Below are positions 49,401 through 61,682 of a stretch of 64,000 bases of DNA, piece by piece. The position numbers were made by a program, and so were the translations under genes. This stretch comes from Antedon mediterranea (lineage: Eukaryota > Animalia > Echinodermata), in the NCBI RefSeq assembly GCF_964355755.1, contig NC_092672.1, forward strand, positions 28,836,437 through 28,900,436, given 5' to 3'. Every line of letters begins with the position of its first letter. Position 1 is the stretch's first letter. The notes under the pieces were generated by a model. It worked only from the letters and a program-made list of their open reading frames with translations. It was not told the DNA's origin and searched no databases.

Positions 49401-52400
49401 TAATACCCTATATAGTTGTGTGTAATAGAAAAGATTTGAAATGAACAAACACTCATTATAATAAAGATTAAAGAATGTCTGAATTTTATATCAAAACCTA
49501 TAATAAACGTCTAAACGTGACATCAAACATGTGATTTTAGGACCCTTGAACTTACAAACATTGTGCAATCTTTTAGAACATTGTGACATTTGCCAAGGTT
49601 TTCAAAATTATTGAACTTGTAGGCTTGTTTAGATCGACGCAGTAAATAAACATGGACTTAAATGAACCATAACACCAAGATAACTAACCCCTTTGACTTT
49701 CCAAAAGATGCACTAAGTGTTTTATGGGCACACAAACTAAATCTGTACACTGTACTTCAGGTAGCGACATGTTATACCACCAGAACTATGACCAAGGAGT
49801 GCCTTGAACCAGTGCCAATTTTATGTGAGTTGCTGTGCCCTTTCATAACACAACTCGACTGCAAGCAGATCACTGCGACCAACTATTACCATTTCTTTCT
49901 TAGGAATTGACAACTTGACAGACTCTTACTGGCAGCCGTTTGCAGATCAGGCCGTAACCACAATATATCGTTTATCTGAACATCCTGACGTTGTTTGTGG
50001 AGAAATTCTAAAGAAACTAGCTGCAAACATACTGAAGATTACAGAATCCGATTCTGCTGCTGAACAAGGTAGGACCTTATTTTTAAAGCTGTATTGTCCC
50101 TTGAAACACAAAAAAATGAAGGTCAAAATATTCTAAATTTAAAGTGGCCATATCAAAGTAATATTAAAGTTATTCACTTTAAGTCGAAAATTCGAGCCAA
50201 AAACAACAAGTATACGTAATTAACAGGTAAATTAGCTTGATTACATTTCGTCTGGAAAATCGTCGCGAGCGAAAGTAAACAAAGATTTCAAACCATGAGT
50301 ATGCATTATGCATATGCTAATTAGGATTGTTTACAACTCGTCACAGTTGAGAAGGTATTTTCACACAGATCGTGAGGAAGTTTTATGATTATGCATACAT
50401 AGTAGCCAAACAAGCACGTTTCATTATGGGATATGTTTTGATCAAAAACTTTGACTGGAAGTCAAAGTTATTTTTTTAACAAAAAAACGTCTGTATTTCA
50501 GTTAAATGATTTTTTTTTTCGACAAATATTTGGTGATAGTTAATTACTATTATGATACTTTAAAATGACCCACCTTTTTTTGAAATCTTTTATTTTTTAT
50601 TTTTTTGGAATTAGTCAAAGGGACAATACATCTTTAATGTTTTGGAAGAAATATACTAAATGATGATGACCCCATTATTGCTTATCTTTTGTGGAATTTC
50701 ACCCACCTTTAGTGCTTGTTTCTGCTACATAGTGCCGATTATTTATAATTATATTATTTTTGCACGTTTAATTTAACCTGTTATTAAAGATTTGTTCTTT
50801 ATTCACACGGTCATTTTTAAAATCAATCAAAAAAATAATCTATAGGTGAATTTTTTCCGATGTTTACTGTTGTGAGATCGCTAGAATTGCACATTTGAAA
50901 AACAAAAAAATGTACAAAAAACTATGTTCACCTATATTCACTTTTAAAAATATTGTCTTTTTTTAAAGATGATCAAACAACTATATCTTGCCCGGCAGCT
51001 GTCCTTTCACGTTTTCTTGGATTTTGTGGGCAGGTGGCGCTGCAGCAGCTTGTCCATTTGGACGTGATGGTTACGTCGGAGCTGAAACGAAGACACTATG
51101 TCCAAGAAAAGAAGAATGGCAATGACGGCAAAAATAAATCCAAGGTGCCTGTAGTATTAATTACAATTTCAACTCCACTACAATGAAATATTTGTTGAGG
51201 GCGTGTGGCGCATTGTGTTCAAATCCAATGCTCACCGCATTGCTTGTATCCCTAGGCAAGAAACTTTATTACGTTTGCCGCTCTTCACCCAGGTGTACAA
51301 ATGATTACCAGGTTAGATCAAGACACAGCTTTGCGCTGATTACTAGCTGCATTATGGAAGTATGTTTCCATACATATTGATCCAAAAAATGACCGGAGTA
51401 ATAATGTGAAGCGCTTTGAAGCATTGTACAATAAGTACTGTATATAAGAATGTGTATTATTAATACAACACCCCTCCTTTGGGTCACCCCTAATCAGGGG
51501 GAAACTTTATTAAGTGGACACTTTTTCTTATGTTTTAATACGACATCCCCTATTCATTATTTATGGGTTCTCAAAGGTATCCCCTTAATACGAATTCTAT
51601 TGTAATAGTCAATCAACTAATAGGACATTTTTCATCATTTCATATTCATTAACACATCCTTTAGACTATTTCATCTGAATTGTAACTGTTAATAAAATCC
51701 GTCAATATTGTACACCAAAGGTTGTAATATGTTTAAATATATACATTTATTTTTGCAGAATGCCAGTGAAAGCAATGACAATGGTGCGATTGAAGATGAA
51801 CTTGGGTTAACAGGAGCTACAGCAGAAGATGCAGAGGCTGAATACATAAGAAATATCTGTGAAACAGAAACTGTAACAGGTAAAGTATTGTATACAAAAT
51901 GTATAGTAACAAATATCTTAAGTTTCAAACAAAATATTACTCTTTTTATGGACTAATTTTGTGCATAGCTAACTACTAAAATGTTGTATATGAAATATTA
52001 AGTGATTAATGAATTTGACAGTTTGGTTGACAACCTGAATTTATCAACTGACGAACCCATTTAAATTAATATAAATTAATATTTTTTTTTAATAACTTTT
52101 CTGACTGATTGATAGATCTTATACTTGATTCACACGTACAAAACGTAACTAATTTTTATCTTGCAATGTGTGCAGGGGTTGCAGTGTGAAAGCGTTGTAA
52201 TGGGAAAAGATCAGGAATTTTTCACTGTAAAGATACAAAATTATAATTACTTTAAAGAATATGTAAATGTAAAATGGCAGTATCTTCATGTATGCGCCTT
52301 ATTTCTAATGAGTTTTTTACATGTTTGTGTTGTACTATACTTGTAAGTTGGGTATAAGTTAGGAAATTTATATATAATTATATTTATGACTTCCTAATCT

Positions 52401-55400
52401 TCCCAACATTTACTTTCTTCCAGGTCCAAATCTGCTTTCTGGTGTACGCCCCCTATTGGTAGCAGTGTGCAGTAATCCTACAAAATACAAGGATTCTTCA
52501 TTGCGTACTTCAGCCTGCCTTGCTCTCGCTAAGTTTATGCTTGTTAGCTCTGAGTTCTGTGATGCTCATCTTCAATTGCTGTTTACTGTTTTGGAAAAGG
52601 TAAACATTCTTCTTTGCATTGGAGGCCTGCAATGTACTTTATTTATTTAACTTCTCACTAAAACATACATTAGTGAAGGATGGTCCAGTCCTAATTGCAC
52701 AGTGGCTGTGTGTGTGGACTATTTTATTTATTTATTTTAGGTTTTTTAAATTGCACATGACCTAGATGTGTACGCTGGACCTATGGTTTATAGTCCTTAT
52801 CCGAATGCTATGATTATGATTATCCATGAAGTTATGACTATGTAACGTTTCCACGGTCTTAACCGCTCGACCACTCACTCACTAAAATGTAACATGCTGT
52901 TAACAATAGCTAATATTATACCTACTACTTAAATTAATCATGATTGGCTGTGGCTCCACGAAGTTCCTCCGATCATCCATTCTTTGCTGTTGCAGGGTGA
53001 CCAAGCACCCTCCTCTAGCGGTCAAAAGGACTACCAAGTGGGTTAATAGTTTTAAATTTGTATAGCGCAAAATACAAATACCTGTAGCCTCTATGCGCTG
53101 TTTAACACAAGTGTAAAAAGAAAGAAAGTGTTTTTGTTAAATATATCAATTAAGCAGTTTTGTTTCCAACTGCTCAGTAGTTTAAAGTATACCCCTGGGC
53201 ATTTACCTACGATCCCAATGATGTTACTTCGCTTCTTATTTTTCATATCCTATCTTATTATCTTACTCTATCAGTGGTAAGCCATCTTATTTGTACTGTA
53301 TTATGTTTCGTTCCCAGTCGCCCGAGGCAGTCATCCGTGCAAACACAATCATAGCCATCGGTGATCTCACTTTCCGCTTCCCAAACCTCATTGAACCGTG
53401 GACAGCAAATTTGTATGCCAGGCTACGTGACGACTCTGTTCATGTCAGGAAAAACACATTGATGGTTTTGACACATCTCGTTCTTAATGACATGGTGAAG
53501 GTTAAAGGTCAGATTAGCGAGATGGCTACATGTATGGTAGACTCAGAGCCACGCATTGCTGCACTTTCTAAGCTTTTCTTTTTCGAACTTTCCAAAAAGG
53601 TAAGTACAGAAGTTTTGTTGAAAAATTGAATCACAAATCTAACTGCATCAAAGTAATTTGCCAATTAAAAAATATATTGGTTTAAAATTGTTACCTAGAG
53701 TTATGTTAAAGGTTATGGGCTTTTTTATGTCGTCGTTTGTATGTAGCCGTATTACGATACACACTTTCGGCTACAAGAAACAATTGCCTCTGGGATTATC
53801 ACAGAAAAAGAAAACACACTAAGACGAAAAATGTAGATACAACAAAACCCACAATGTACATAGGCTTATACTACTGTATGCTTGGAAATCACCTGTCATA
53901 ATGTGAACGTTCCTTTATGTTTGGATGTACTGTATTTATGGAAAAATTACAACGCCCTCTATGATTTGGCTAATGTTTCATTTTTGGAACTCTTTTACCA
54001 CTGTATGCAAAAGGCACATTGCTTTGCATTTTTAGAAGTTTTTTTTTTTAGTAGTACAGTAGTAGTATTCGTAGAAACTGCAACAACACTATCTGCATAT
54101 ATTTTTTTATTACAGGGAAATGCTGTTTATAATGTGATGCCTGACATGATTAGTAGACTCTCTGATCCAGACTGTGGTTTGCCTGAAGAAGAATTTCGTA
54201 CAATCATGAAATACCTTTTTAACTTTATTGAGAAGGAACGACAATCTGAATCGTTAGTTGAAAAGCTGTGTCATCGATTCAGGGCAACAAGGTTTGTTGT
54301 CTTTTTTGAATTTTCATTATTTGTTTATTATTTAAATAAATATCTGTGTTTTAATTGCAAGTACTATATGGGCAATTCCATGCAAACATGGACATGACCA
54401 AAAAAATTCAAATTAATTAGTCAGCTCAAAATTTGTGTTTATGTTACTCGTTGAATATGTGGGAACTAGGTTTTTAACTTTTTCAATTCATTTATGACTT
54501 TTTGTAGCCAAAAAATTACGTTTATTCAATGTTGAATATATTTTTTTTTTTAGGTGTGAAAAATAGGTAATTACGTTAACTGATTATTATTTCCCCACCA
54601 AAGCAATATTTATAAAGTAACATGTCTAAGTAATAGTACACTTAAGATGTATGGAAAATATGATATAACTACAAATCTTGAATATCCCATATAGGAGTGC
54701 TGTGTATATTCTGTTATATATTCGGGTATGTAATGCGAGTGACAAAAAAAATGATATTTTTTTTTTTATACCATCATGATGATAATTTTTTTTAATGAAA
54801 TTTTATAATTTAGCTATACTACTTTGAACAATTAAAATTTGACCAAAAAAAATAAAAAATTCCCGTAAATACAAAATTGTTGAGACATTGAAAAGTGAAA
54901 TGCGAGTGACATGTAATGCGAGTGACGTTCAAAAATGGACAATGTAATGCGAGTGACATTACTAAAACTCTTTTTTTTGTAAAGTAAAATAGTAATTAAT
55001 CTATCATTAGTTATGAATTAGTCCCAGAATTAGTATATACATTAATTTCATAATACAATGTGTGATTTGGCCCTTATTTGGAGGCACTACAGTATAATAA
55101 TTATAGCATTAGGTTTGTTGAGGGCACAATCCCTAGCAACGACCTTTTTGCAGTTAAATCATTTGAAAAATCAAATCATTATAAGAGCTCATTAAATAAA
55201 AAACACTAAATCTGGTGAGATTTAACAAATTTGGTACAATCTTTTGTGAAGATAAGAAGGTAAGAATAAGTATACATTTATATTTAATAACAATTTTTAA
55301 GTTTTTTTTTCTTATATTGTTAGTGTTAATTATTTCAAATTCTATAATTTGAAAACACCGCATAGGCCTAGGCCTAGGCTATAATAATTTATTTATATAT

Positions 55401-58400
55401 TATTATTTATATATTATTATTTACTAGGCATATTTTACACCACCAGGTCTAAAGCATTTTAGTTTTAAAAACAAAATATATAATTGCTTATTATTTAAAA
55501 ATAATTTTAAAATATCATTCACATTTGCATCCTGCTTTTAGAAATGGCCGAACGACAGAGAAAGTACCTAGAAAAACTGAAAGCCGAGGGAAAATACACC
55601 TCATACAGAAACAAACAAAATGAAATTTCGAAAAGAAGTAAAAGTAAAAGAAAAGAGAAAATTCTAGCTTTGCCACCAGCTTTGAAGAAGCAGAAGATTG
55701 ATGCTCTTAAAGTTGCTAATAGAAAACGTGTGGCTAAGTTCAGAGCAAAGAAGGCTGCTTTGGCATCAGACGGGCAATCACCTTTTAGAAGTGCTATGGC
55801 TTTTGCTAAAGCCACTACCAGGGCAAAAAGAATGCTTGATGCTGGTTTGCCATCCAGTCCTCGCAGAAGAAAGCGTGTGCGACATATACTTTTTAACGAC
55901 GAGCTACACGATGAGACACCAACCAGTTCTAAAAGACGGAGGTCAAATGAAACACCTGAAGAAACTATTAAAATAATAACAACATTTTATGAGCGGGATG
56001 ATGTCAGCCGTCAGGCACCAGGAATGAAAGATTACTGTTTAGTTCAAGGAGTCGATGGCAAAAAAAACAAGATGCAAGTCCGTCATTTGACAAGCTCTAT
56101 AATGGAAACATTTTCCCTCTTTTGTAACGAGTTTCCGGAAATAAAAGTTGGAAAATCCAAGTTTGCAGAAATACGACCCAAGCATGTTTATCTCACAAAT
56201 AAACTGCCTCACAATGTATGCCTTTGCAGGTACCACGAAAATTTCATCTTTGCAGTTGATGCACTGCACAAGGTGTGTCGAACATTTCCATCCTATACCC
56301 ATGATTTTCCTGCTTCTTTGTTGTGTGAGACAGTAACCGAAAAATGCTGGTTAAATGAGTGCTCATCTTGCAAAGATGCTGAAGGATTCAAGCAGAAATA
56401 TCAGTTAATTCTTGATGAAGATGCTTGTGAGAATGAAAGTTCATGGTATGTTTGGAGAATGTCTAATACTGATAAAAGAATACTAAAAGTCATTGAGCAA
56501 GGTACAGTTAAAGAGCTGACAGAGTATTTTTGCAGTCTTATTCCACAATTTATTGAGCATTGCTATGTCAAGCGCCAGCAAGCAGCTACAAGCAAAGATG
56601 ATAGAATGAAAGCTTCCCCACTTGAGGCTGTAATCCAAATAGATTTTTCTGAGAACTATACGTGTGTCTCCCAAGACGAAATCCAGAGTGCTCACTGGAA
56701 CCAGAGACAGGTGAGCCTATTCACAATAGCCCAATGGTTTGGGGAGGAAGTCCATTCACGTGTTTTAGTGTCTGATAATCTGGTCCATTCTAAAGAAACC
56801 GTAGTTTCGTACATTGATGAAGTGCTAGAGCAACTACCAGAAACAGTAACATTTGTTTCACTTTGGTCTGATGGACCAGCATCACAGTTCAAGAACCGGT
56901 TTATTGTTGCTGCAATTCAACCACTGCAAGCGAAACACAAGGTAACCCTACGGTGGAATTATTTTGCAACATCACACGGAAAAGGCCCTGTAGATGGAAT
57001 AGGTGGATCAGTTAAACGATTTGTCTGGGGTCAGGTTCGAACAAGAAAGACAATTGTATCGGATGCCAAATCATTTGTTTCTGCTGCTGCTGGTATGAAA
57101 AATGTTTCTGTGAAACATTTTTCGCAACAAGAAATTGATAAGAGAAATACTTCTCTTAATACATGTAGCATTTTTTATCATGCCTGTGCCATTCATGGAA
57201 TTGCCAAAATGCATTGTTTTGATGTAACTTCAAGTAATGTGTCTGCTTTTGTCATAAGTAGGCATGTTAAGGAGTATAATTTAACAGTGCATGTTGGTGA
57301 GTGGTACCAAGTTGATTACGACGGAAAGCTGTACCCTGGGGAAGTTATTGCTATTGGGGAACAAAATGATTTTCAAGTGTCCGTTATGGAACAAGTCGGG
57401 AAATACTGGAGATGGCCCACTCCAAGAGATACAATATATTATGTACAAGAAAATCTTAAAAAGAAGGTTCAAGCACCAGTTGTTGTCAACAACCGTGGTC
57501 ACTTTGAGTTCCATAATTTGTAAAATGGCTGTTTGAATTTTCTAATTCATTTTTAGTGACCGTATAAGTGTTACTGTGTTTATGAAAAAACAAGATGTTC
57601 TATTAGTGTTAAAAATAGATGATGTCCTTTAGAACTTCATCCAAATGAGTTGAAATAAAAGTTTTTACTTGAATATTGATATAACATCCTTTGAGTGGTT
57701 TAATGTTGCATTATTTAATTATTGTCTACTTTTCTTCGTTCTAAAATCTGCTTTGTTTAGTAAATACTAAGTTCATTTCTTACGGTAATGCGAGTGACAG
57801 TAATGCGAGTGACGGGACTTTTTTGTTAAAATGTCAAATATTTTTAAAATCTATGTAATGTTGAATTTTTTTATTATCCTATTTTATACTTTAAAAGTAT
57901 AGCAATTAAAAATATAAGATCTTTTGATTCATATATTTTTAGTTTAAGGACACGTTCTTATCAAATTTAATCAAATTTTTGTTGTGTCCTTTTTGTGTAA
58001 TGCGTGTGACAGAATTTCGCAATGGCGCCATTGTCGAAGTAAAAGACATACAATTTTTTTTATAGTATTTTATTAAAGACTTGCACCTAAAGTATGTTCA
58101 TATAAAACATTGACTTAAAAATCCAATTAGTATAGAAAGTACAAAGCTTAGACTAACAAAAATGACTGTAATGTGTAATGCGAGTGACCATGGAATTGCC
58201 CATATATACACAATCTTTCGTTATTGGCATTCAAAACTGAAGAAAAAACACAAATCAGTGTTATTTGAGTGAAGCTGTGAAGGTGCTTGCCTTCCAATCT
58301 CAAGGTCCAGGGTTCAATCCTGATCTAGTGCCAGTGTTGTAACTCATTGCTCTTTCAACTCCACTCCATATAAGCCTCAAATGAGACTTTTAAATAGTTT

Positions 58401-60377
58401 ATCGATCCTATAATTAGCAAGGTTGTGCTCACTGTTGGATGCATGTGTATTTTCTATTTTTAGAACACCAGAACAAGTGCGAGACCTTTCTTATTGCCTT
58501 TCCATGCTGAATTATAGCGAGAAGAGCATCAAACGACTGGTGGAGAACTTTGCTTGTTTCTCTGATAAGCTGTCTGATGCCGAGGTCTTCAACTGCTTTC
58601 AGAATATCTTGACAAAAGCTAAGAAGTTAACAAAACCTGAACTCAAAGTAAGTGCATAAAGTGTACACTTCTGGCAGGTGTGCACCCAGTACATCTTTCG
58701 GAAGACTAGTGGGTTACCCCAGGGTACTGGTCCATTCAGGCCCTGTCATTGGGTGGCAGCACTCGACACGAAAGTTTTTTTCGGGAAGTAAAAAGTTGTG
58801 GTATGTGTTGTCCGCAATTCAGGCCAGTAGCAGGTTATTCCCCCATTTACATTTTTACATTTAAGTCGCACACAGAAAAGACAAAAGTAAGTATCTCAAG
58901 AGATCTTTCATTGTCAGTGCTTTTAGAAATCATGTGGTAGTAACCAGTCCTACTAAACCCAATACTGCCTAGTCCTTGGGTGCAAGGGCTAGGCTGGCTT
59001 CACTGACCATTGCCTAAAAATGATGTGTTTTTTTTTTGTGGTAATTTAAGAGAAAAGTATGGTGAAAAAATTGCTATTGGGTTTAGTAAGTCCTCTCGGG
59101 CAGCATCAGTTGATGTTTAGTAGGACTCTGGTAACTGCTATGTATTTACCAGGATGCAATTGTGCTAGACAGTTGGGATATTTATTTTCATATCCAACTA
59201 AAGAGTTATGTTAAAGACCTTCCACCGTCCTAATTTCAACGCAGTACTCGCACAATCTCTGTATACCTGAAAGTACTACTGTAGCCCTGTTGTAGTTGTT
59301 ATTAATTACAAATATTCTCTGTAGGTTTTCCTAGAAGATTTTGAAGAAAGGATCACTAAATGTCATGAGAAAGGTATGGAGGATGATGAGGTTGAAGCTA
59401 AAGCAAGCAAAGCATCCTCAAAGGCAAGAAAAGGCACATGCAAGGGCCAGAAAACAACAGGCCCAGCTAACCTGAGAAGAACAGCTAAATCCATAGGTAA
59501 ATGATCAATTATTTCTTTAAATGACAATTAAGGAGGTTACATAACTAATACTATATGCTATTTATTTATTTATTTCAACAATGTTTATAGAGGGTGACCC
59601 TTCTAGTTCCCTCGCAGGGAATAAAACTCTGTCTACACTATCAAACTTTATGTGACAAAAAAATGTGATGTGCCCATATATGGGCATGATGATGTCATAA
59701 CACTACCATTATTTGGGAATATCACTACCATATTTGGGCACATCACACTTGTTTTTTGTCAAACTATTTTGATAGTGTGGACATTGCTTAAAACCACTAA
59801 TTGCAAGCATGATCATTTCTGAATATCTAATTTCTATATATGGGCATACACAAAAACTTATGTACAAAATATAACATCACCTGTAATTTGATAACAGTTA
59901 AAAAGAGCACACGTAGAGGAAGGAGAAGAAAAGATGATGATTCTGAAGATGAGGGTGATATGCCGCTAAAAGAAGCTACTGCTGATCCGGCCAATTGTAA
60001 TCAACGACGTAGTACGCGCAAGATGAAAGGAAGGCGACCAAAAGGGTTGGATCTGTCTAGTGATGATGACAGTGACGAGGTCTTTCAGTCCATGTTGTCA
60101 AAAGGTATCTAACTTAATTTCTCTATAGATTTACCAAAACTAGAGTGTGATTATCAGGAGACTTAAGCAGGTCTGACAGTAAGTCTATGTTTTTTAATTT
60201 ATTGCTCTAATGTCTCTAATTGCAGTTCCGAAATTTCAAGGTCTTGACGAAAACAGTGAAATTGAAGGTGAAAATGTTGTACCCAATACCAGTATGTCAT
60301 CCAGACCAAAACGAGGCAAGCGAAAACTTCTTTCAACACCAGATGGCGCTAGAGGGGCTTCTAGTAGGCTGAAATAA
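37446..60377 (+). CDS. NCAPD2: Condensin complex subunit 1 (CAP-D2/Cnd1), full-length, 29 coding exons, ~1452 aa
   Basis: Hand-spliced GT-AG exons: 37446-37563, 38185-38260, 38655-38713, 38933-39108, 39817-39956, 40433-40554, 40923-41046, 41269-41416, 41571-41693, 42413-42622, 42762-42852, 43412-43541, 44669-44800, 45075-45151, 46739-46866, 47582-47835, 48453-48674, 48992-49124, 49217-49301, 49904-50068, 50969-51144, 51759-51879, 52424-52599, 53318-53599, 54116-54291, 58464-58647, 59325-59496, 59898-60104, 60226-60377. Total 4359 nt, phases consistent, ends TAA. Peptides MSFEFVIPL..NQYVVEDL, GFDWENEKE..LQLDIYRLW..EEEFV, LLQHFEH, GRLKDKSSVVRKSAVQLL, IRANTIIAIGDLTFRFPNLIEPWT and LNDMVKVKGQISEMA are recognisable CAP-D2 segments. 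Confidence 0.96.
45160..46341 (+). mobile_element. Helentron-associated interspersed element (HINE/DINE-1-like)
   Basis: 5' subTIR AGGTTATATGCA (45165) with adjacent inverted copy (45183), (CAAT)n microsatellite at ~46236-46260, 3' subTIR TGCATATAACCT (46299), hairpin TAATTCGTCA-TAG-TGACGAATTA, then CTAG|TT. Confidence 0.85.
46521..46681. mobile_element. Tourist-like MITE, complete representative of a family recurring in NCAPD2 introns
   Basis: TAA|GGCTCTGTCTACACTAT.. / ..ATAGTGTAGACAGAGCT|TAA. Other copies at ~5198-5345, 5905-6031, 38480-38590, 39140-39285, 43548-43902, 48738-48800 and 59626-59790. Confidence 0.85.
50087..50633. mobile_element. TTAA-flanked MITE (Kolobok-like)
   Basis: TTAA|AGCTGTATTGTCCCTTGA ... 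TCAAAGGGACAATACATCT|TTAA. Confidence 0.75.
51197..51440 (+). mobile_element. Degenerate tRNA-derived SINE
   Basis: GTGGCGCA..GTTCAAATCC head; TGTATCCCTAGGCAAG..CACCCAGGTGTACAAATG core; TGAAGCGCTTTGA tail. Confidence 0.6.
52738..52882 (-). mobile_element. Degenerate tRNA-derived SINE
   Basis: - strand: GTGGTCGAGCGGTTAAGACC (A-box-like) ... GGATAAGGACTATAAACCATAGGTCC. Confidence 0.55.
54370..58201 (+). mobile_element. Autonomous-looking Sola2-type DNA transposon in an NCAPD2 intron
   Basis: TIR GGGCAATTCCATG / CATGGAATTGCCC, flanked by ATAT on both sides (4-bp TSD); GRG termini as in Sola2; eight (GT)AATGCG(A/T)GTGAC subterminal motifs; single long ORF. Confidence 0.85.
55544..57523 (+). CDS. 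Sola2-like DDD transposase, 659 aa, uninterrupted
   Basis: Motifs IDFSENY..QDEIQSAHW, WSDGPASQFKNRF, WNYFATSHGKGPVDGIGGSVKR; Cys/His cluster CLCRYHEN..CWLNECSSC; C-terminal VGEWYQVDYDGKLYPGEV beta-barrel-like segment. Superfamily assigned from recalled motifs, not from a search. Confidence 0.85.
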   Translation: MAERQRKYLEKLKAEGKYTSYRNKQNEISKRSKSKRKEKILALPPALKKQKIDALKVANRKRVAKFRAKKAALASDGQSPFRSAMAFAKATTRAKRMLDAGLPSSPRRRKRVRHILFNDELHDETPTSSKRRRSNETPEETIKIITTFYERDDVSRQAPGMKDYCLVQGVDGKKNKMQVRHLTSSIMETFSLFCNEFPEIKVGKSKFAEIRPKHVYLTNKLPHNVCLCRYHENFIFAVDALHKVCRTFPSYTHDFPASLLCETVTEKCWLNECSSCKDAEGFKQKYQLILDEDACENESSWYVWRMSNTDKRILKVIEQGTVKELTEYFCSLIPQFIEHCYVKRQQAATSKDDRMKASPLEAVIQIDFSENYTCVSQDEIQSAHWNQRQVSLFTIAQWFGEEVHSRVLVSDNLVHSKETVVSYIDEVLEQLPETVTFVSLWSDGPASQFKNRFIVAAIQPLQAKHKVTLRWNYFATSHGKGPVDGIGGSVKRFVWGQVRTRKTIVSDAKSFVSAAAGMKNVSVKHFSQQEIDKRNTSLNTCSIFYHACAIHGIAKMHCFDVTSSNVSAFVISRHVKEYNLTVHVGEWYQVDYDGKLYPGEVIAIGEQNDFQVSVMEQVGKYWRWPTPRDTIYYVQENLKKKVQAPVVVNNRGHFEFHNL

Positions 60378-61131
60378 CTTGACATTAAAATCATGTTTGT
60401 TTGTTTATTAAGTCGTCTAATGTTATGGATTTATCCTGAAATATTGTGGGCCAACTGTGCTACTAAAATTAAATTTCAACCTTCAATAGGACAGGTCTAT
60501 GTTACATCTAGGCTATGGGGCATGAGCCAAAAAGAGGCCTAGAAAACGAATTTCGTGATCTCCTAACGGGGGGGAGGAAGATATTCACACATTTTATAGT
60601 TAATAATTAGGTTAACACAAATTCAGCCGATCCCGCTTCCAAAAGTTACGCAATAAGAGTAATTTTATGTGTAAAAAAAATCGAATTTCTCAACATAAAC
60701 AAATACATAGAAATAGCGCCCTCTATTTGGTATATTTTCTGTTAGTGATAGTAGTACTGGATAAAATACAATCGTTCCATTGGAATAACTTATACTGTAT
60801 CTTTCTTTCACATTTAACATGCAATATTATTATCATAATTTTGAGATTAATATTGTAGTCCTTGTAAGAAATGTATCTGTTAGTAAACCTTAATTAATAT
60901 TTATTTAAGCACACTGAAAAGAAGATGCATTTTCAATCTTTATAATTCATGACTATGCTGTCACAAAATATTTATTAATATTATCTCTCCTATATAATTG
61001 CAACTTTTTGTTTTCATTGGATGCATAACATAGAATTATAATCAATTAGTAATAAATCAAATGTTGCATTATTGTTTTCATTGTAGATGTATAACATAGA
61101 ATTAGTAACAAATAAATGAAATTATTACAGC

Positions 61132-61620
61132 AAAGTTTCTTATAATACTCCTGTTTCTTAATATTGCTTATCATCTCATGGGTTCTTTATTTTATACTTT
61201 CTCATGGTTCATCCGTTACGTTACAAAATAGTTAAGTTACAAAATAGTTTAATATAAATTTACATTTTATAGGCATATTAATGTATTGTAAGCATCAAAG
61301 TAGAAAGTTTCTTATTAATACTCCTGTGTCTTAATATCACTTATCATCTCATGGGTTCTTTATTTTATACTTTCTCATGGTTCATCCGTTACGTTACAAA
61401 ATAGTTAAGTTACAAAATAGTTTAATATAAATTTACATTTTATAGGCATATTAATGTATTGTAAACATCAAAGTAGAAAGTTTCTTATAATACTCCTGTG
61501 TCTTAATATTACTTATCATCTCATGGGTTCTTTATTTATACTTTCTCATGGTTCATCCGTTACGTTACAAAATAGTTAAGTTACAAATAGTTTAACCTAA
61601 ATTCACATATTATAGGCCTA
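61132..61620 (+). repeat. Tandem repeat, ~172-bp unit, about 3 copies
   Basis: AAAGTTTCTTAT(T)AATACTCCTGT recurs at ~61132, ~61304 and ~61477 with near-identical bodies. Confidence 0.9.
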
Positions 61621-61682
61621 TTACATTAAAATCATGTAGACCAAGTAAAATGAACATTTGTAAACCATAAATTACACTTAAA

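Noticed and set aside
55519-57536. Short overlapping ORFs on both strands
   Set aside because: Shadows of the transposase ORF.
58262-58335. tRNA gene
   Set aside because: Only a B-box-like GGTTCAATCC and no complete cloverleaf; probably a SINE head.
37564-60225. U85/SCARNA10 ortholog in NCAPD2 introns
   Set aside because: I found no U5-complementary guide (ATCTTTAGTAA-like) upstream of a CTGA D box with a matching C box. A cmsearch would be needed to exclude it.
60105-60225. Possible U12-type intron (GTATCT donor)
   Set aside because: Lacks the GTATCCTT donor and a TCCTTAAC branch site; treated as U2.
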